Of a DNA stretch of 48,895 nt, positions 34,925 through 43,590 are shown in pieces. The DNA lies in the NCBI GenBank assembly GCA_012965955.1, contig DTRK01000283.1, positions 1 through 48,895 on the forward strand. The letters are read 5' to 3'. The first letter of the stretch is position 1. The number at the start of each line of letters is the position of its first letter. A program made the position numbers and the translations under genes. The stretch is from Flavobacteriales bacterium. Its GTDB lineage: Bacteria > Bacteroidota > Bacteroidia > NORP154. The notes beneath the pieces are model-generated. The model saw only the letters and a list, made by a program, of their open reading frames with translations. It had not been told where the DNA came from and made no database searches.

Positions 34925-37723
34925 ATGATAACAGGGCATTGGTCACACATGATTATCTGCCACAAGTTGCCTTATATGGTGGCTTTTGTATCAGGCGCAT
35001 ATCTCTCTTCAGCCATTTGTATGGGGCAGGGATATGTGGAGGAAAGCACATCATTAGGAATCGAACATTTGCATATTGGTCCGATGCTGATGGGTGGAGG
35101 AGCAGCGTTCCTCGATTTCGACGCAGATGGATATGAGGACCTCTATCTAACTGGTGGCACAGCAGCCGACAAACTGTACCGAAATAATGGGAACAGCACC
35201 TTTACTGATGTTACATTGTCGGCAGGAATTATAGGCACCGATTCGATCAATACTATGGGTGTGGTTGCCGGAGACCTGGATAATGATGGCTTTAAGGAAA
35301 TCTTTGTGACCACCTGGGACGGGTACGCCAACATTCTCTTTCAAAACAATGGAGATGGGACATTCCAAGACGTTTCTTTTTCCGCCGGAATAATAGATTC
35401 AGCACTGAGCGTGTCAGCAACATTGGGAGATGTCAATAAAGACGGATTTCTGGACATATACGTAGGCAATTACATCGACCTCTCCGTTGTTGCACCCAAT
35501 GGCTTTGATTATACGTGTTATGCCAATTACCTGTACATCAATAATGGCAATAACACGTTTACAGAATCTGGGTTGGCCTATGGAGTTGCAGATACGGGCT
35601 GCGCTCTGGCAGTGGCGTTTACCGATTTCGATGACTCCGGAGATATGGATGTATATCTAGCTAATGATTTTGGGAAATGGGTGCTGCCCAATGCGCTCTA
35701 TGAGAACAATTATCCAACACCAAATCACAGCAATATAACGATTTCTGCAGGCGTCAACGACTCAATATTTGGAATGGGGATAGCCATTGGTGATTACGAT
35801 GAAGATGGGGATTTCGACTACTACATTACCAACCTCGGGCGCAATGTGCTGCGGCAAAACCAGGGGAATGGAACATTGGACGATTATACAGATACCGCGG
35901 GAGTCACCAACACCTATACCGACAGTACTTTTATGGCCGTAGGATGGGGAACCGCATTTTTTGATTATGACAATGATACTTATCTGGATTTAATTGTTTC
36001 CAACGGATATATTCCCGCGGATTCATTTATCTACAATACCCCCAGCAACCCCAATAAATTGTATAGAAATACTGGGGGAGTAGCGTTTCAGGATGTGTCA
36101 GATGGGACTGGCTTTAACGACACCACCATTGGCAGAGGCTTAGCAATTGGCGACTATAATTATGATGGAGCTATAGACGTGGTAGTAGGTGTGGTGTACA
36201 TTGACACAACCAATGGTAATAGAACATTGGTTTATAATAATGGAGAACAAGGGAACAACTGGCTCAAAATAAGCTTACAAGGCGTAATCACAAACCGAGA
36301 TGCCTTTGGAAGCCATGTCATTGTGTACGCAGCGGGACGACAGTTTATCAGAGAAGTAGACGGTGGCTCAAGTCACTTGTCTCACAGCAGCAGTACTCTT
36401 CATTTCGGACTTGGCAGTATTCCAATGGTAGATTCAATAGTAGTTTCCTGGCTAAATGGTGGAAAAGACACATTGTTAAATGTTGCCGTGAATCAGCAAG
36501 TGCATTTGGTTGAGGACTCCTTGTTTTTCACGCTTCATTACCAGAAGGTACAAATTTGCTCAGGAGATAGTGCTTTTTTAGGTGGGGCCTACCAATTCAA
36601 CCAGGGAACATATCACGATACGCTTAGTTCGGTATACGGCCATGATAGCATTGTCCACTCTTCCCTGGCCTTTTCTGCACTCGTTACCGATACGGTGCAG
36701 ATCGCAATATGCGATGGTGATAGCGTTTTGGCAGGAGGTGCTTTTCAAGTCTCATCAGGAATTTATACTGACACCTTAACAGGCGTAACTTGTGACAGTG
36801 CAATAATTACAGAGCTCACGGTCCTTAATGCAGTTTTGAATATTATTAGCGACACAATCTGCGCTGGAGAATTGTTCGAGGGGGAACCATATACTAATGA
36901 CACGATTTTGACCAATGTCCTGACTGCTTCAAGCGGTTGCGATAGCGTGCTAACAATTAACTTGTCTGTTTGGCCTGTTTCAGATGTGGTTGTTGACACT
37001 ACCATCTGTAAAGGAGAATTGTATTTTGGCACTCTCTATTCTTCAGCTACCACCATTGTAGACAGCTTAAGCACTGCAATGGGTTGCGATAGCATCGTGA
37101 CCACGAACCTGCAAGTCTTAAATCCTGATTCATCGAGTAGCTCCTTCTCAATTTGCGAAGGGGATTTAGTGGGCGGCCAACCTGTGTCCTCCGATACATC
37201 AATTGTTGCGGTGTACAATGGTGTGAACGGATGTGACAGTGTTACAATTACCACAGTCACCGTGTTTCCGCCCGCTGCTAGCACCTCCAATCTCACGGTT
37301 GATTGGGGAGACACAATAATCGGTATTGTTGTGTTTGAAGACACCATCTTGTTTGACACATTAATTTCATCCAACGGATGCGATAGTGTCTCACAGCTTA
37401 CTGTTACGGTACTACTGCCTGACAACATTGCTGATATGAGCAGTCAAATATCCAACCCGATCAATTGCTACCCGAATCCGTTCACTTCGGAGTTGAACAT
37501 CGATCTGTTCATGCCTTTGAATGACGATGTACAAGTCACTATACACGACCTGACAGGAACAAAGGTTGCAGTAGTATATGCAGGCCGCTTAGGTAGCGGT
37601 AAACACGCTCTTAAGTGGAGTGGAACCACCGAATCAGGTTGTGCTGTGTCCCAAGGCCTATATATTTGCCGCCTTCTATCATCGGGAGCGTTTAGTTTGC
37701 ACCAGATAATTCTTATGAAATAG
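34925..37723 (+). CDS. CRTAC1-family FG-GAP/VCBS-repeat protein with an ASPIC/UnbV domain, six Cys-bracketed modules and a type A T9SS C-terminal sorting domain
   Basis: 932-aa ORF. The true start may be an internal Met at 34949 or 34976. It has repeated FG-GAP motifs (DFDADGYEDLY, DLDNDGFKEIF, DVNKDGFLDIY, DYDEDGDFDYY, DYNYDGAIDVV), the UnbV region NNWLKISLQG...DAFGSHV...GGSSHLS, the repeat block 36548-37416, and a tail CYPNPFTSELNIDL...DLTGTKV...GLYICRL. Confidence 0.85.
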   Translation: MITGHWSHMIICHKLPYMVAFVSGAYLSSAICMGQGYVEESTSLGIEHLHIGPMLMGGGAAFLDFDADGYEDLYLTGGTAADKLYRNNGNSTFTDVTLSAGIIGTDSINTMGVVAGDLDNDGFKEIFVTTWDGYANILFQNNGDGTFQDVSFSAGIIDSALSVSATLGDVNKDGFLDIYVGNYIDLSVVAPNGFDYTCYANYLYINNGNNTFTESGLAYGVADTGCALAVAFTDFDDSGDMDVYLANDFGKWVLPNALYENNYPTPNHSNITISAGVNDSIFGMGIAIGDYDEDGDFDYYITNLGRNVLRQNQGNGTLDDYTDTAGVTNTYTDSTFMAVGWGTAFFDYDNDTYLDLIVSNGYIPADSFIYNTPSNPNKLYRNTGGVAFQDVSDGTGFNDTTIGRGLAIGDYNYDGAIDVVVGVVYIDTTNGNRTLVYNNGEQGNNWLKISLQGVITNRDAFGSHVIVYAAGRQFIREVDGGSSHLSHSSSTLHFGLGSIPMVDSIVVSWLNGGKDTLLNVAVNQQVHLVEDSLFFTLHYQKVQICSGDSAFLGGAYQFNQGTYHDTLSSVYGHDSIVHSSLAFSALVTDTVQIAICDGDSVLAGGAFQVSSGIYTDTLTGVTCDSAIITELTVLNAVLNIISDTICAGELFEGEPYTNDTILTNVLTASSGCDSVLTINLSVWPVSDVVVDTTICKGELYFGTLYSSATTIVDSLSTAMGCDSIVTTNLQVLNPDSSSSSFSICEGDLVGGQPVSSDTSIVAVYNGVNGCDSVTITTVTVFPPAASTSNLTVDWGDTIIGIVVFEDTILFDTLISSNGCDSVSQLTVTVLLPDNIADMSSQISNPINCYPNPFTSELNIDLFMPLNDDVQVTIHDLTGTKVAVVYAGRLGSGKHALKWSGTTESGCAVSQGLYICRLLSSGAFSLHQIILMK
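36548..37416 (+). repeat. Six tandem modules of about 46 aa: IC.GD...G......G.Y.DTL.S..GCDS...T.L.V
   Basis: Read directly from the translation: VQICSGDS...HDSIV, VQIAICDGDS...TCDSAI, DTICAGEL...GCDSVL, TTICKGEL...GCDSIV, FSICEGDL...GCDSVT and a degenerate sixth ending GCDSVS. Confidence 0.75.
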
Positions 37724-37728
37724 CTTTG
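37721..37728 (+). promoter_or_regulatory. Putative -7 promoter box (TAGCTTTG) for the SiaB-like operon
   Basis: Exact TAnnTTTG match, 112 nt upstream of the GTG at 37840. It overlaps the stop codon of the preceding gene. Confidence 0.25.
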
Positions 37729-37839
37729 CTCTTCGATAATGTTTAAAAAATATTCTATTTTTCCATATTGGTTAGCGTTCATCTGGCTGAGCAAATAAAA
37801 GGTGCGTTTAGGAGGCTTTAATGGTTATAGACGTAGATT

Positions 37840-38388
37840 GTGAGTGTGAACATTGATAACATATTTGGAATTCACCATAAAATGCTGGACGAGAAGATCC
37901 TTTTAGCATATAAAGGGGATTTTAACCACGGTATTGTGAACGCGTTGCTCACCAATGCCAAGTCACAGATGGAGGGCTTGGGGCTAGACCTGGCCACCAG
38001 GAAGAAACTCTACAACATTATGGTTGAATGTCTGGAGAACATCAATCGATATGCAGGAGAGGGAACTTTTGAAAATGACTTGCTTCAAAGCTTCCCCTTA
38101 TTCCTTCTGGGACTGAGTGAAAATGGATATTATATCACTGTGGGAAATCTTATTCGTGGTGAAGACCAAGAACGTTTGAAAATACAGCTCGATGATGTCA
38201 ATAAATTGAATCGAGAAGAGTTAAAGGAGAAGTACCGCGATGCTATAATGGTGGCAAAAATAACAGAAGGGAGTGGGGCAGGATTGGGCATTATTGACAT
38301 GGCTATAAAATCTGAGCACCGTTTGGAATACACGTTTAATGATGTGAAGGATGATATTTCCTTTTTCATTTTAGAAATAAAAATCTAA
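37840..38388 (+). CDS. SiaB-like GHKL-fold serine/threonine protein kinase (anti-sigma-kinase-like)
   Basis: 182-aa ORF with a GTG start, an N-box-like ECLENINRYA and a G2-box-like GSGAGLGIIDMA. Its size and its position directly upstream of a DUF1987 gene match the siaB-siaC arrangement. Confidence 0.7.
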   Translation: MSVNIDNIFGIHHKMLDEKILLAYKGDFNHGIVNALLTNAKSQMEGLGLDLATRKKLYNIMVECLENINRYAGEGTFENDLLQSFPLFLLGLSENGYYITVGNLIRGEDQERLKIQLDDVNKLNREELKEKYRDAIMVAKITEGSGAGLGIIDMAIKSEHRLEYTFNDVKDDISFFILEIKI

Positions 38389-38411
38389 TCTGACTTTTAG
38401 TACAATTATTG

Positions 38412-38810
38412 ATGGAGGCTCTAAGAATAGAAGCAACTGAATTTACGCCAGAGGTCATAATGGATCCGGCATCAAACTCATTTGAGATTACAGGCGAATC
38501 CAGGCCAGAAAATGCAGGTAAGTTCTATCAGAAGATTCTTGATTGGTTAGACAGCTATTACAACCTGAGGTATTGGAAAGACAGCAAATTCAGTGGTGTC
38601 GACGCAGTATTTGAATTCAAACTTGATTATTTCAATTCTACTTCAGCAAAGTTTATACTGGATATCTTCATGAAACTCCAGACATTTCGAAAAGATGAGA
38701 TTAACATTAAGGTAAAATGGCACTATGCTAAGCCCGATCTCGATATGAAGGAATCTGGCGAGGAATTTGCAGAAATGACCGGTATTCCGTTCGAGTATAT
38801 CGCTACTTAG
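38412..38810 (+). CDS. SiaC-like DUF1987 domain protein (putative phospho-regulated partner-switch protein)
   Basis: 132 aa from the ATG at 38412 (the track uses the TTG at 38409). EFTPEVIMDP...FEITGESRPENAGKFYQKILDWL...FKLDYFNSTSAKFILDIF matches the DUF1987 pattern as I remember it. Confidence 0.75.
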   Translation: MEALRIEATEFTPEVIMDPASNSFEITGESRPENAGKFYQKILDWLDSYYNLRYWKDSKFSGVDAVFEFKLDYFNSTSAKFILDIFMKLQTFRKDEINIKVKWHYAKPDLDMKESGEEFAEMTGIPFEYIAT

Positions 38811-38865
38811 CTTAGCTGAAGATATTGAACGAATCGGTCTGTCGTGTCAAACCAACATTAGTCAA

Positions 38866-41448
38866 ATGGGCATAATCTTTAGGATATTCAATCTTGCATT
38901 CGCCCTATCCGTACTCATACTGTTTAGCACAGTAGCTTTTGCGCAGTCCCCGGATGTGCCATGGGACCGTGGACTCTTTGACGATAAGGAAGCATACAAA
39001 GATGCCTATAAAAACTTTCAAAAAGGCGAATCATTGTACGGGCAAGGAGTTTACTCCAAAGCCCTCACCCATTATCTTGCAGCCCACGACTTCAATCCGA
39101 ATAATGCTGAACTGAACATGAGAATTGGGGAATGTTACCTTTACTCATCTTCAAAACCTAAGGCCCGGGCTTATCTGGAAAAAGCGCTGGAACTAAACGA
39201 GAGAATAAATATTAGCATCCATTTGTTGCTTGGCAAGGCCCACCATTTGGAAATGAAATGGTCTCTGGCTCTGGAACAATATGGTAAATTCATTAATCTG
39301 GCCCAACAAGATGATGTGGACAGGATTAATCTGGCCCGGAAGAGAGTTGAAGAATGCAAGTATGGACAGGTGATGACCAAGACACCTATTAACGTAAAGA
39401 TAGAGGCCCTGCCAGCCCCGGTAAACTCTGAATTTGCGGAATATCATCCCCTGATATCAGCCGATGAAGCCGTGATGTACTTTACATCCAGAAGAGACAA
39501 TACAACAGGAGGTAATAGGGATTTAAACTACGATGTGTACTATGAGGACGTTTATAAAACTAGCGAGAAGGATGGTATTTGGGATGAGCCTGCAGGAATT
39601 GGACCGGAGGTCAATACCGATTTTCACGATGCAACAGTTGGGCTTTCTCCTGATGGTCAACAACTGTTCATCTTCAAAGACGATATTGGCGATGGAAACA
39701 TCTACTACTGCGAATTAGATGGGGATACATGGTCGACTCCACTTAAGCTCAACGAGAATATTAACTCTGAATTCAATGAAGCCACCGCCTGTTTCTCGTT
39801 TGATGGAATGACCATTTACTTCGTAAGTGACCGGCCAGGAGGTTTTGGCCAAAATGACATCTATATTGCCAAAAAGGGCGATGATGGGGATTGGGGGGTG
39901 CCAAAAAATTTAGGGGCTTCTGTCAACACGTTGTATAACGAAGATGCAGTGTTCATGCATCCTGATGGCAAAACCCTGTATTTCAGTTCTGAAGGCCACG
40001 CCAATATGGGTGGATATGACATCTTTCAGTCAGTCTATGATGCCGAGTCCAAGGTCTGGTCGACACCCAAGAATATGGGATATCCCATAAATAGCACTGA
40101 TGATGATGTGTTCTTCGTGCTATCAGCGAGTGGTGAAAGAGGCTACTATTCTTCTATAAAGAGCGATGGATTGGGGGAAAAGGACATTTACATGATTACA
40201 TTCCCCGATGAGAATGCCAAACCTGAACTTATCTTGGTGAAGGGAGTAGTAATCGACAAAGTCACAGGACGGCCCATTTACGCAGATATTGAAGTTGTTG
40301 ACAATGAAAAAAATGAGGTGGTGGCCCGCAGTAAATCCAATAAACTAACGGGAGAATATTTGTTCTCGCTTCCTTCAGGAAGAGATTACGGAGTAACGGT
40401 AACTGCTGATGGGTACTTCTTTTATTCAGAAAATATTGACGTTGCTAAGTCGACTCCATATCATGAAATCTTCAGAAATATTCAACTAAGTAAAATAGGA
40501 GAGGGAAAATCTATTGTCCTCAACTTTCTCTATTTTGAATATGACAAGGCAACGCTCACCAAACAATCCATTATGGAATTGGAGCGTGTGTTGGATTTAA
40601 TGAATTCAAACCCCAACCTCAAAATTGAAATTGCAGGCCATACAGACAATAAAGGAACCCAAGACTACAATGTACAGCTTTCTAAGAGGCGTGCGCAAGC
40701 AGTTGTGGATTGGCTGGCCAGCAAGAACATCGAGAGGTCTAAAATGACTTCGAAGGGTTATGGGTTTTCAATGCCTGTTGAGAGCAATGACACAGAAGCA
40801 GGAAGAGCCAAAAACAGGCGTACAGAATTTGTGGTCTTAGAGTACGATGTGCCACCGTCTAAGGAAAGATCATTGGATCCTCCAATGGAACCAACTATAG
40901 AATCAACGGCCCGAATTGCTCACACTGACCGGGAAAGGGAAGAACCTGTCATAGAACCAGCGGCAGAGTCCGAAGTGCAGCCAGAATCAACTACGGAGAC
41001 GCTGGCCAAAACGGATGACAAAGGCCAATCTGGCGGAGAGTCCTCACCTGACCCCGAACCTGTATTTTCAGAACCAGCCGTGGTTGTAGAAGAGACTGGC
41101 GCACCATATTCTACAGGTTTGCGCCCATTCTCCTCGTCCAAACCAAATTATTATAGTAGCAACAGGATTGAGGTGGACTCTAAAATGTCTGGTGGAGTTA
41201 TCTATCGTGTGCAAATTGGCTCTTTCTCAAAATTGCCTGAAGGAACCAAGCTTAAAGGGCTTTATCCAGTAACAGCAATGAAGCTCGACAACGGACTTTA
41301 CAGATGTAGTGTGGGTGAATTCAGAACCTATAAAGAGGCTAAGTTGACGCAAAAAGAGGTTAGGGCAACAGGGTTTTCAGATGCGTTTCTCATCGCTTTC
41401 TACAACGGGCAGAAAATCTCTGTTTCTAAAGCAATCAATTTGCAATAA
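38866..41448 (+). CDS. Envelope protein: signal peptide, TPR, PD40/TolB-like repeats, carboxypeptidase-regulatory-like fold, OmpA C-terminal-like domain, acidic Pro/Glu/Ser linker, SPOR domain
   Basis: 860-aa ORF with repeated S.DG..LYF.S.R.GG.G..DIY units. The OmpA-like domain reads FEYDKATL...IAGHTDNKGTQDYNVQLSKRRAQAV...NRRTEFVV. The SPOR-like end reads IYRVQIGSFSK...GLYRCSVGEFRTYKEA...GFSDAFLIAF. Confidence 0.85.
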   Translation: MGIIFRIFNLAFALSVLILFSTVAFAQSPDVPWDRGLFDDKEAYKDAYKNFQKGESLYGQGVYSKALTHYLAAHDFNPNNAELNMRIGECYLYSSSKPKARAYLEKALELNERINISIHLLLGKAHHLEMKWSLALEQYGKFINLAQQDDVDRINLARKRVEECKYGQVMTKTPINVKIEALPAPVNSEFAEYHPLISADEAVMYFTSRRDNTTGGNRDLNYDVYYEDVYKTSEKDGIWDEPAGIGPEVNTDFHDATVGLSPDGQQLFIFKDDIGDGNIYYCELDGDTWSTPLKLNENINSEFNEATACFSFDGMTIYFVSDRPGGFGQNDIYIAKKGDDGDWGVPKNLGASVNTLYNEDAVFMHPDGKTLYFSSEGHANMGGYDIFQSVYDAESKVWSTPKNMGYPINSTDDDVFFVLSASGERGYYSSIKSDGLGEKDIYMITFPDENAKPELILVKGVVIDKVTGRPIYADIEVVDNEKNEVVARSKSNKLTGEYLFSLPSGRDYGVTVTADGYFFYSENIDVAKSTPYHEIFRNIQLSKIGEGKSIVLNFLYFEYDKATLTKQSIMELERVLDLMNSNPNLKIEIAGHTDNKGTQDYNVQLSKRRAQAVVDWLASKNIERSKMTSKGYGFSMPVESNDTEAGRAKNRRTEFVVLEYDVPPSKERSLDPPMEPTIESTARIAHTDREREEPVIEPAAESEVQPESTTETLAKTDDKGQSGGESSPDPEPVFSEPAVVVEETGAPYSTGLRPFSSSKPNYYSSNRIEVDSKMSGGVIYRVQIGSFSKLPEGTKLKGLYPVTAMKLDNGLYRCSVGEFRTYKEAKLTQKEVRATGFSDAFLIAFYNGQKISVSKAINLQ

Positions 41449-43523
41449 TGGGCATGAACAGAATATTTTTTCTCTTTTGTCTACTCGGGTTTCTCCTGAT
41501 TTCATTGAATGTCATCGGCCAATCGAATATTGAGCAACTTCAATCCCAGCTAGATACCGCATCAGAAAGCGACAAAGCAAATATCTATAATCAACTGTCA
41601 CAGCTATATTTCAACACAGATGATGACGAAAAAAGCCTGGAGAATGCCAAAAATGCGCTGAGAAGTGCTAAAGCGTCCAAGAATGTAAACGAGGAAGCTG
41701 AAGCGCACATCAATCTCGGACTGCTGAATAGCAAGGCGGGAAAGTACCAGGAAGCAATTGAAGATTTTAAGTCGTCACTAGCCATTCACGAAACACACGA
41801 CAGCAAGCTGGGAGTGGGTTACAATTATATTCAAATTGGCCTTTGTTATGGGCAATTGAAAAATTCGTCAACAGCACTAGAACATTTCAATAAGGCATTC
41901 AACGTGTACAACGGGCTCAATGACAATGAGGGAATGTCACATGCATTGGTAAGGATTGGTGAAGTGCATTTTGCAAACGGAAATTATGAAAAAGCTATAG
42001 CCGAATATGAAAAAGCTATTATATATGATAAGAAGACCGATGACCAAGCAGCAATGGCCCAAACCTATAATATGATTGGCTCTTCATATTCTAACTTTGG
42101 GAATTATGAACTTGCCCAAACCATCCTGGTTAAAGCGCTTGCCCTGGCAAAATCAAGCAATCAGTCTATTCTGACGAACAATGTTTTAAGAAACCTGGAA
42201 GTTGTCGAGAGAAACCTAGAAGCATATCGGGAAAGTAAATCGGAATTTCAAAAAATAGAGGAGGCAAAAAAAGAAGAACAAATTCAGGATTTGGAGGTTA
42301 AAAGTTCTCAATTGGAAGAGCAGACCTCAGAGTTTCTTAACACTATTGCCACACTCGACGAAGAAAACAAGATAATTGCACTTCTTGCAAAGGTGAACAA
42401 GGACGCATTGAGGCAAGAAAAGCTGCTCAAAGAACAAAAAGCACAGGAATTAGAACTTGAAAAAAAGGAAAATCAGATAAAAGAGGCGGCGAGCCAGGCT
42501 GAGATTGAAAAGAAACGGACTGAGATTGAAAAGAAAAATGCCATTACAGCTGGATTGATTGTAGGACTCGTTTTCCTGGCAGCAATCGTTTTTCTAATAC
42601 TGAACCGATACCAACAGAAACGTAAAGCGAATACTCAACTGGCTAAGCAAAATCAAGAAATTACAGAGCAAAAAGAAGAGATCAGTGGCCAAAAGGAAAA
42701 GCTAGAGGCGCAAAAATCGCAGCTCGAAAGAACGAACAGACAAATCACAGACAGTATAGACTATGCCAAGCGTATTCAAAATGCCTTGCTCAGCTCAAAG
42801 GCGAAAATTAGCGCACTGTTACCGGAGTCATTCATTCTATTTAAGCCTAAAGCTGTTGTAAGCGGGGACTTCTACTGGATAAAAGAAAAGAATGGAAGTA
42901 TCCTCTTCGCAGCTGCGGATTGCACGGGCCATGGTATTCCAGGTGCTTTTATGAGTATCATTTCAAACAATGTACTTAACGATATTATGGCTCAGCATGA
43001 CACGAGCAATCCGGGAGAGATTTTAAAAATGGCAAGTGATAAAATTATCGCCCTGCTCCAGGATAAAGAATCGCAGGTTGTCGAGTCAAGTGATGGCAGC
43101 AAGATCGAATGGGAGGTGAAAGATGGTATGGATATCGCTTTGTGTTCTCTTAACAAGGACAGCTTGCAGCTGCAGTATGCAGGTGCACACAATCCGTTGT
43201 ATGTGATAAGAGATGGAAAATTGACCGAATACCGTGGTGACCGATTGTTCATAGGTAACACTACAGAATCAACGGTATTCAACACTCACGAAATTCCATT
43301 GAAAAAGGGCGATATGCTTTATGTTTTCTCTGATGGATTTGTAGATCAGAGGGGAGGGCCGGAAAACAAAAAATTCTACTACCAGCCTTTTCAGGAAATG
43401 CTTCTTGAGATCCATCAGAAAGGCATGGATGAACAACGGACTCACCTTGACAGGGTGCTCACGGACTGGATGGGCAATCATGAACAAATCGACGACGTGA
43501 TAATATTTGGGGTAAAGATATAG
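41448..43523 (+). CDS. Transmembrane PP2C/SpoIIE-family Ser/Thr phosphatase with an extracytoplasmic TPR plus coiled-coil sensor region (SiaA-analogous)
   Basis: 691-aa ORF with an N-terminal signal/anchor, TPR repeats (about aa 30-260), a coiled coil and a TM helix ITAGLIVGLVFLAAIVFLILN followed by basic NRYQQKRK. The PP2C motifs are VSGDFYW, AADCTGHGIPGAFMS, DGMDIAL, SDGFVDQ and DDVIIFGVKI. The ATG overlaps the upstream TAA (TAATG). Confidence 0.85.
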   Translation: MGMNRIFFLFCLLGFLLISLNVIGQSNIEQLQSQLDTASESDKANIYNQLSQLYFNTDDDEKSLENAKNALRSAKASKNVNEEAEAHINLGLLNSKAGKYQEAIEDFKSSLAIHETHDSKLGVGYNYIQIGLCYGQLKNSSTALEHFNKAFNVYNGLNDNEGMSHALVRIGEVHFANGNYEKAIAEYEKAIIYDKKTDDQAAMAQTYNMIGSSYSNFGNYELAQTILVKALALAKSSNQSILTNNVLRNLEVVERNLEAYRESKSEFQKIEEAKKEEQIQDLEVKSSQLEEQTSEFLNTIATLDEENKIIALLAKVNKDALRQEKLLKEQKAQELELEKKENQIKEAASQAEIEKKRTEIEKKNAITAGLIVGLVFLAAIVFLILNRYQQKRKANTQLAKQNQEITEQKEEISGQKEKLEAQKSQLERTNRQITDSIDYAKRIQNALLSSKAKISALLPESFILFKPKAVVSGDFYWIKEKNGSILFAAADCTGHGIPGAFMSIISNNVLNDIMAQHDTSNPGEILKMASDKIIALLQDKESQVVESSDGSKIEWEVKDGMDIALCSLNKDSLQLQYAGAHNPLYVIRDGKLTEYRGDRLFIGNTTESTVFNTHEIPLKKGDMLYVFSDGFVDQRGGPENKKFYYQPFQEMLLEIHQKGMDEQRTHLDRVLTDWMGNHEQIDDVIIFGVKI

Positions 43524-43590
43524 CGCCGGTCAACCTGTCATCAAGTAAAAAACATTTGCCGACCTCTTTGCTCTTAAGCCATATTTAGTA

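Noticed and set aside
43524-43590. Search for a bidirectional terminator between the PP2C and sprF-like genes
   Set aside because: I found only a 4-bp GGTC/GACC pairing with a long loop, and no convincing hairpin. I recorded this as the absence of an obvious terminator, not as a feature.
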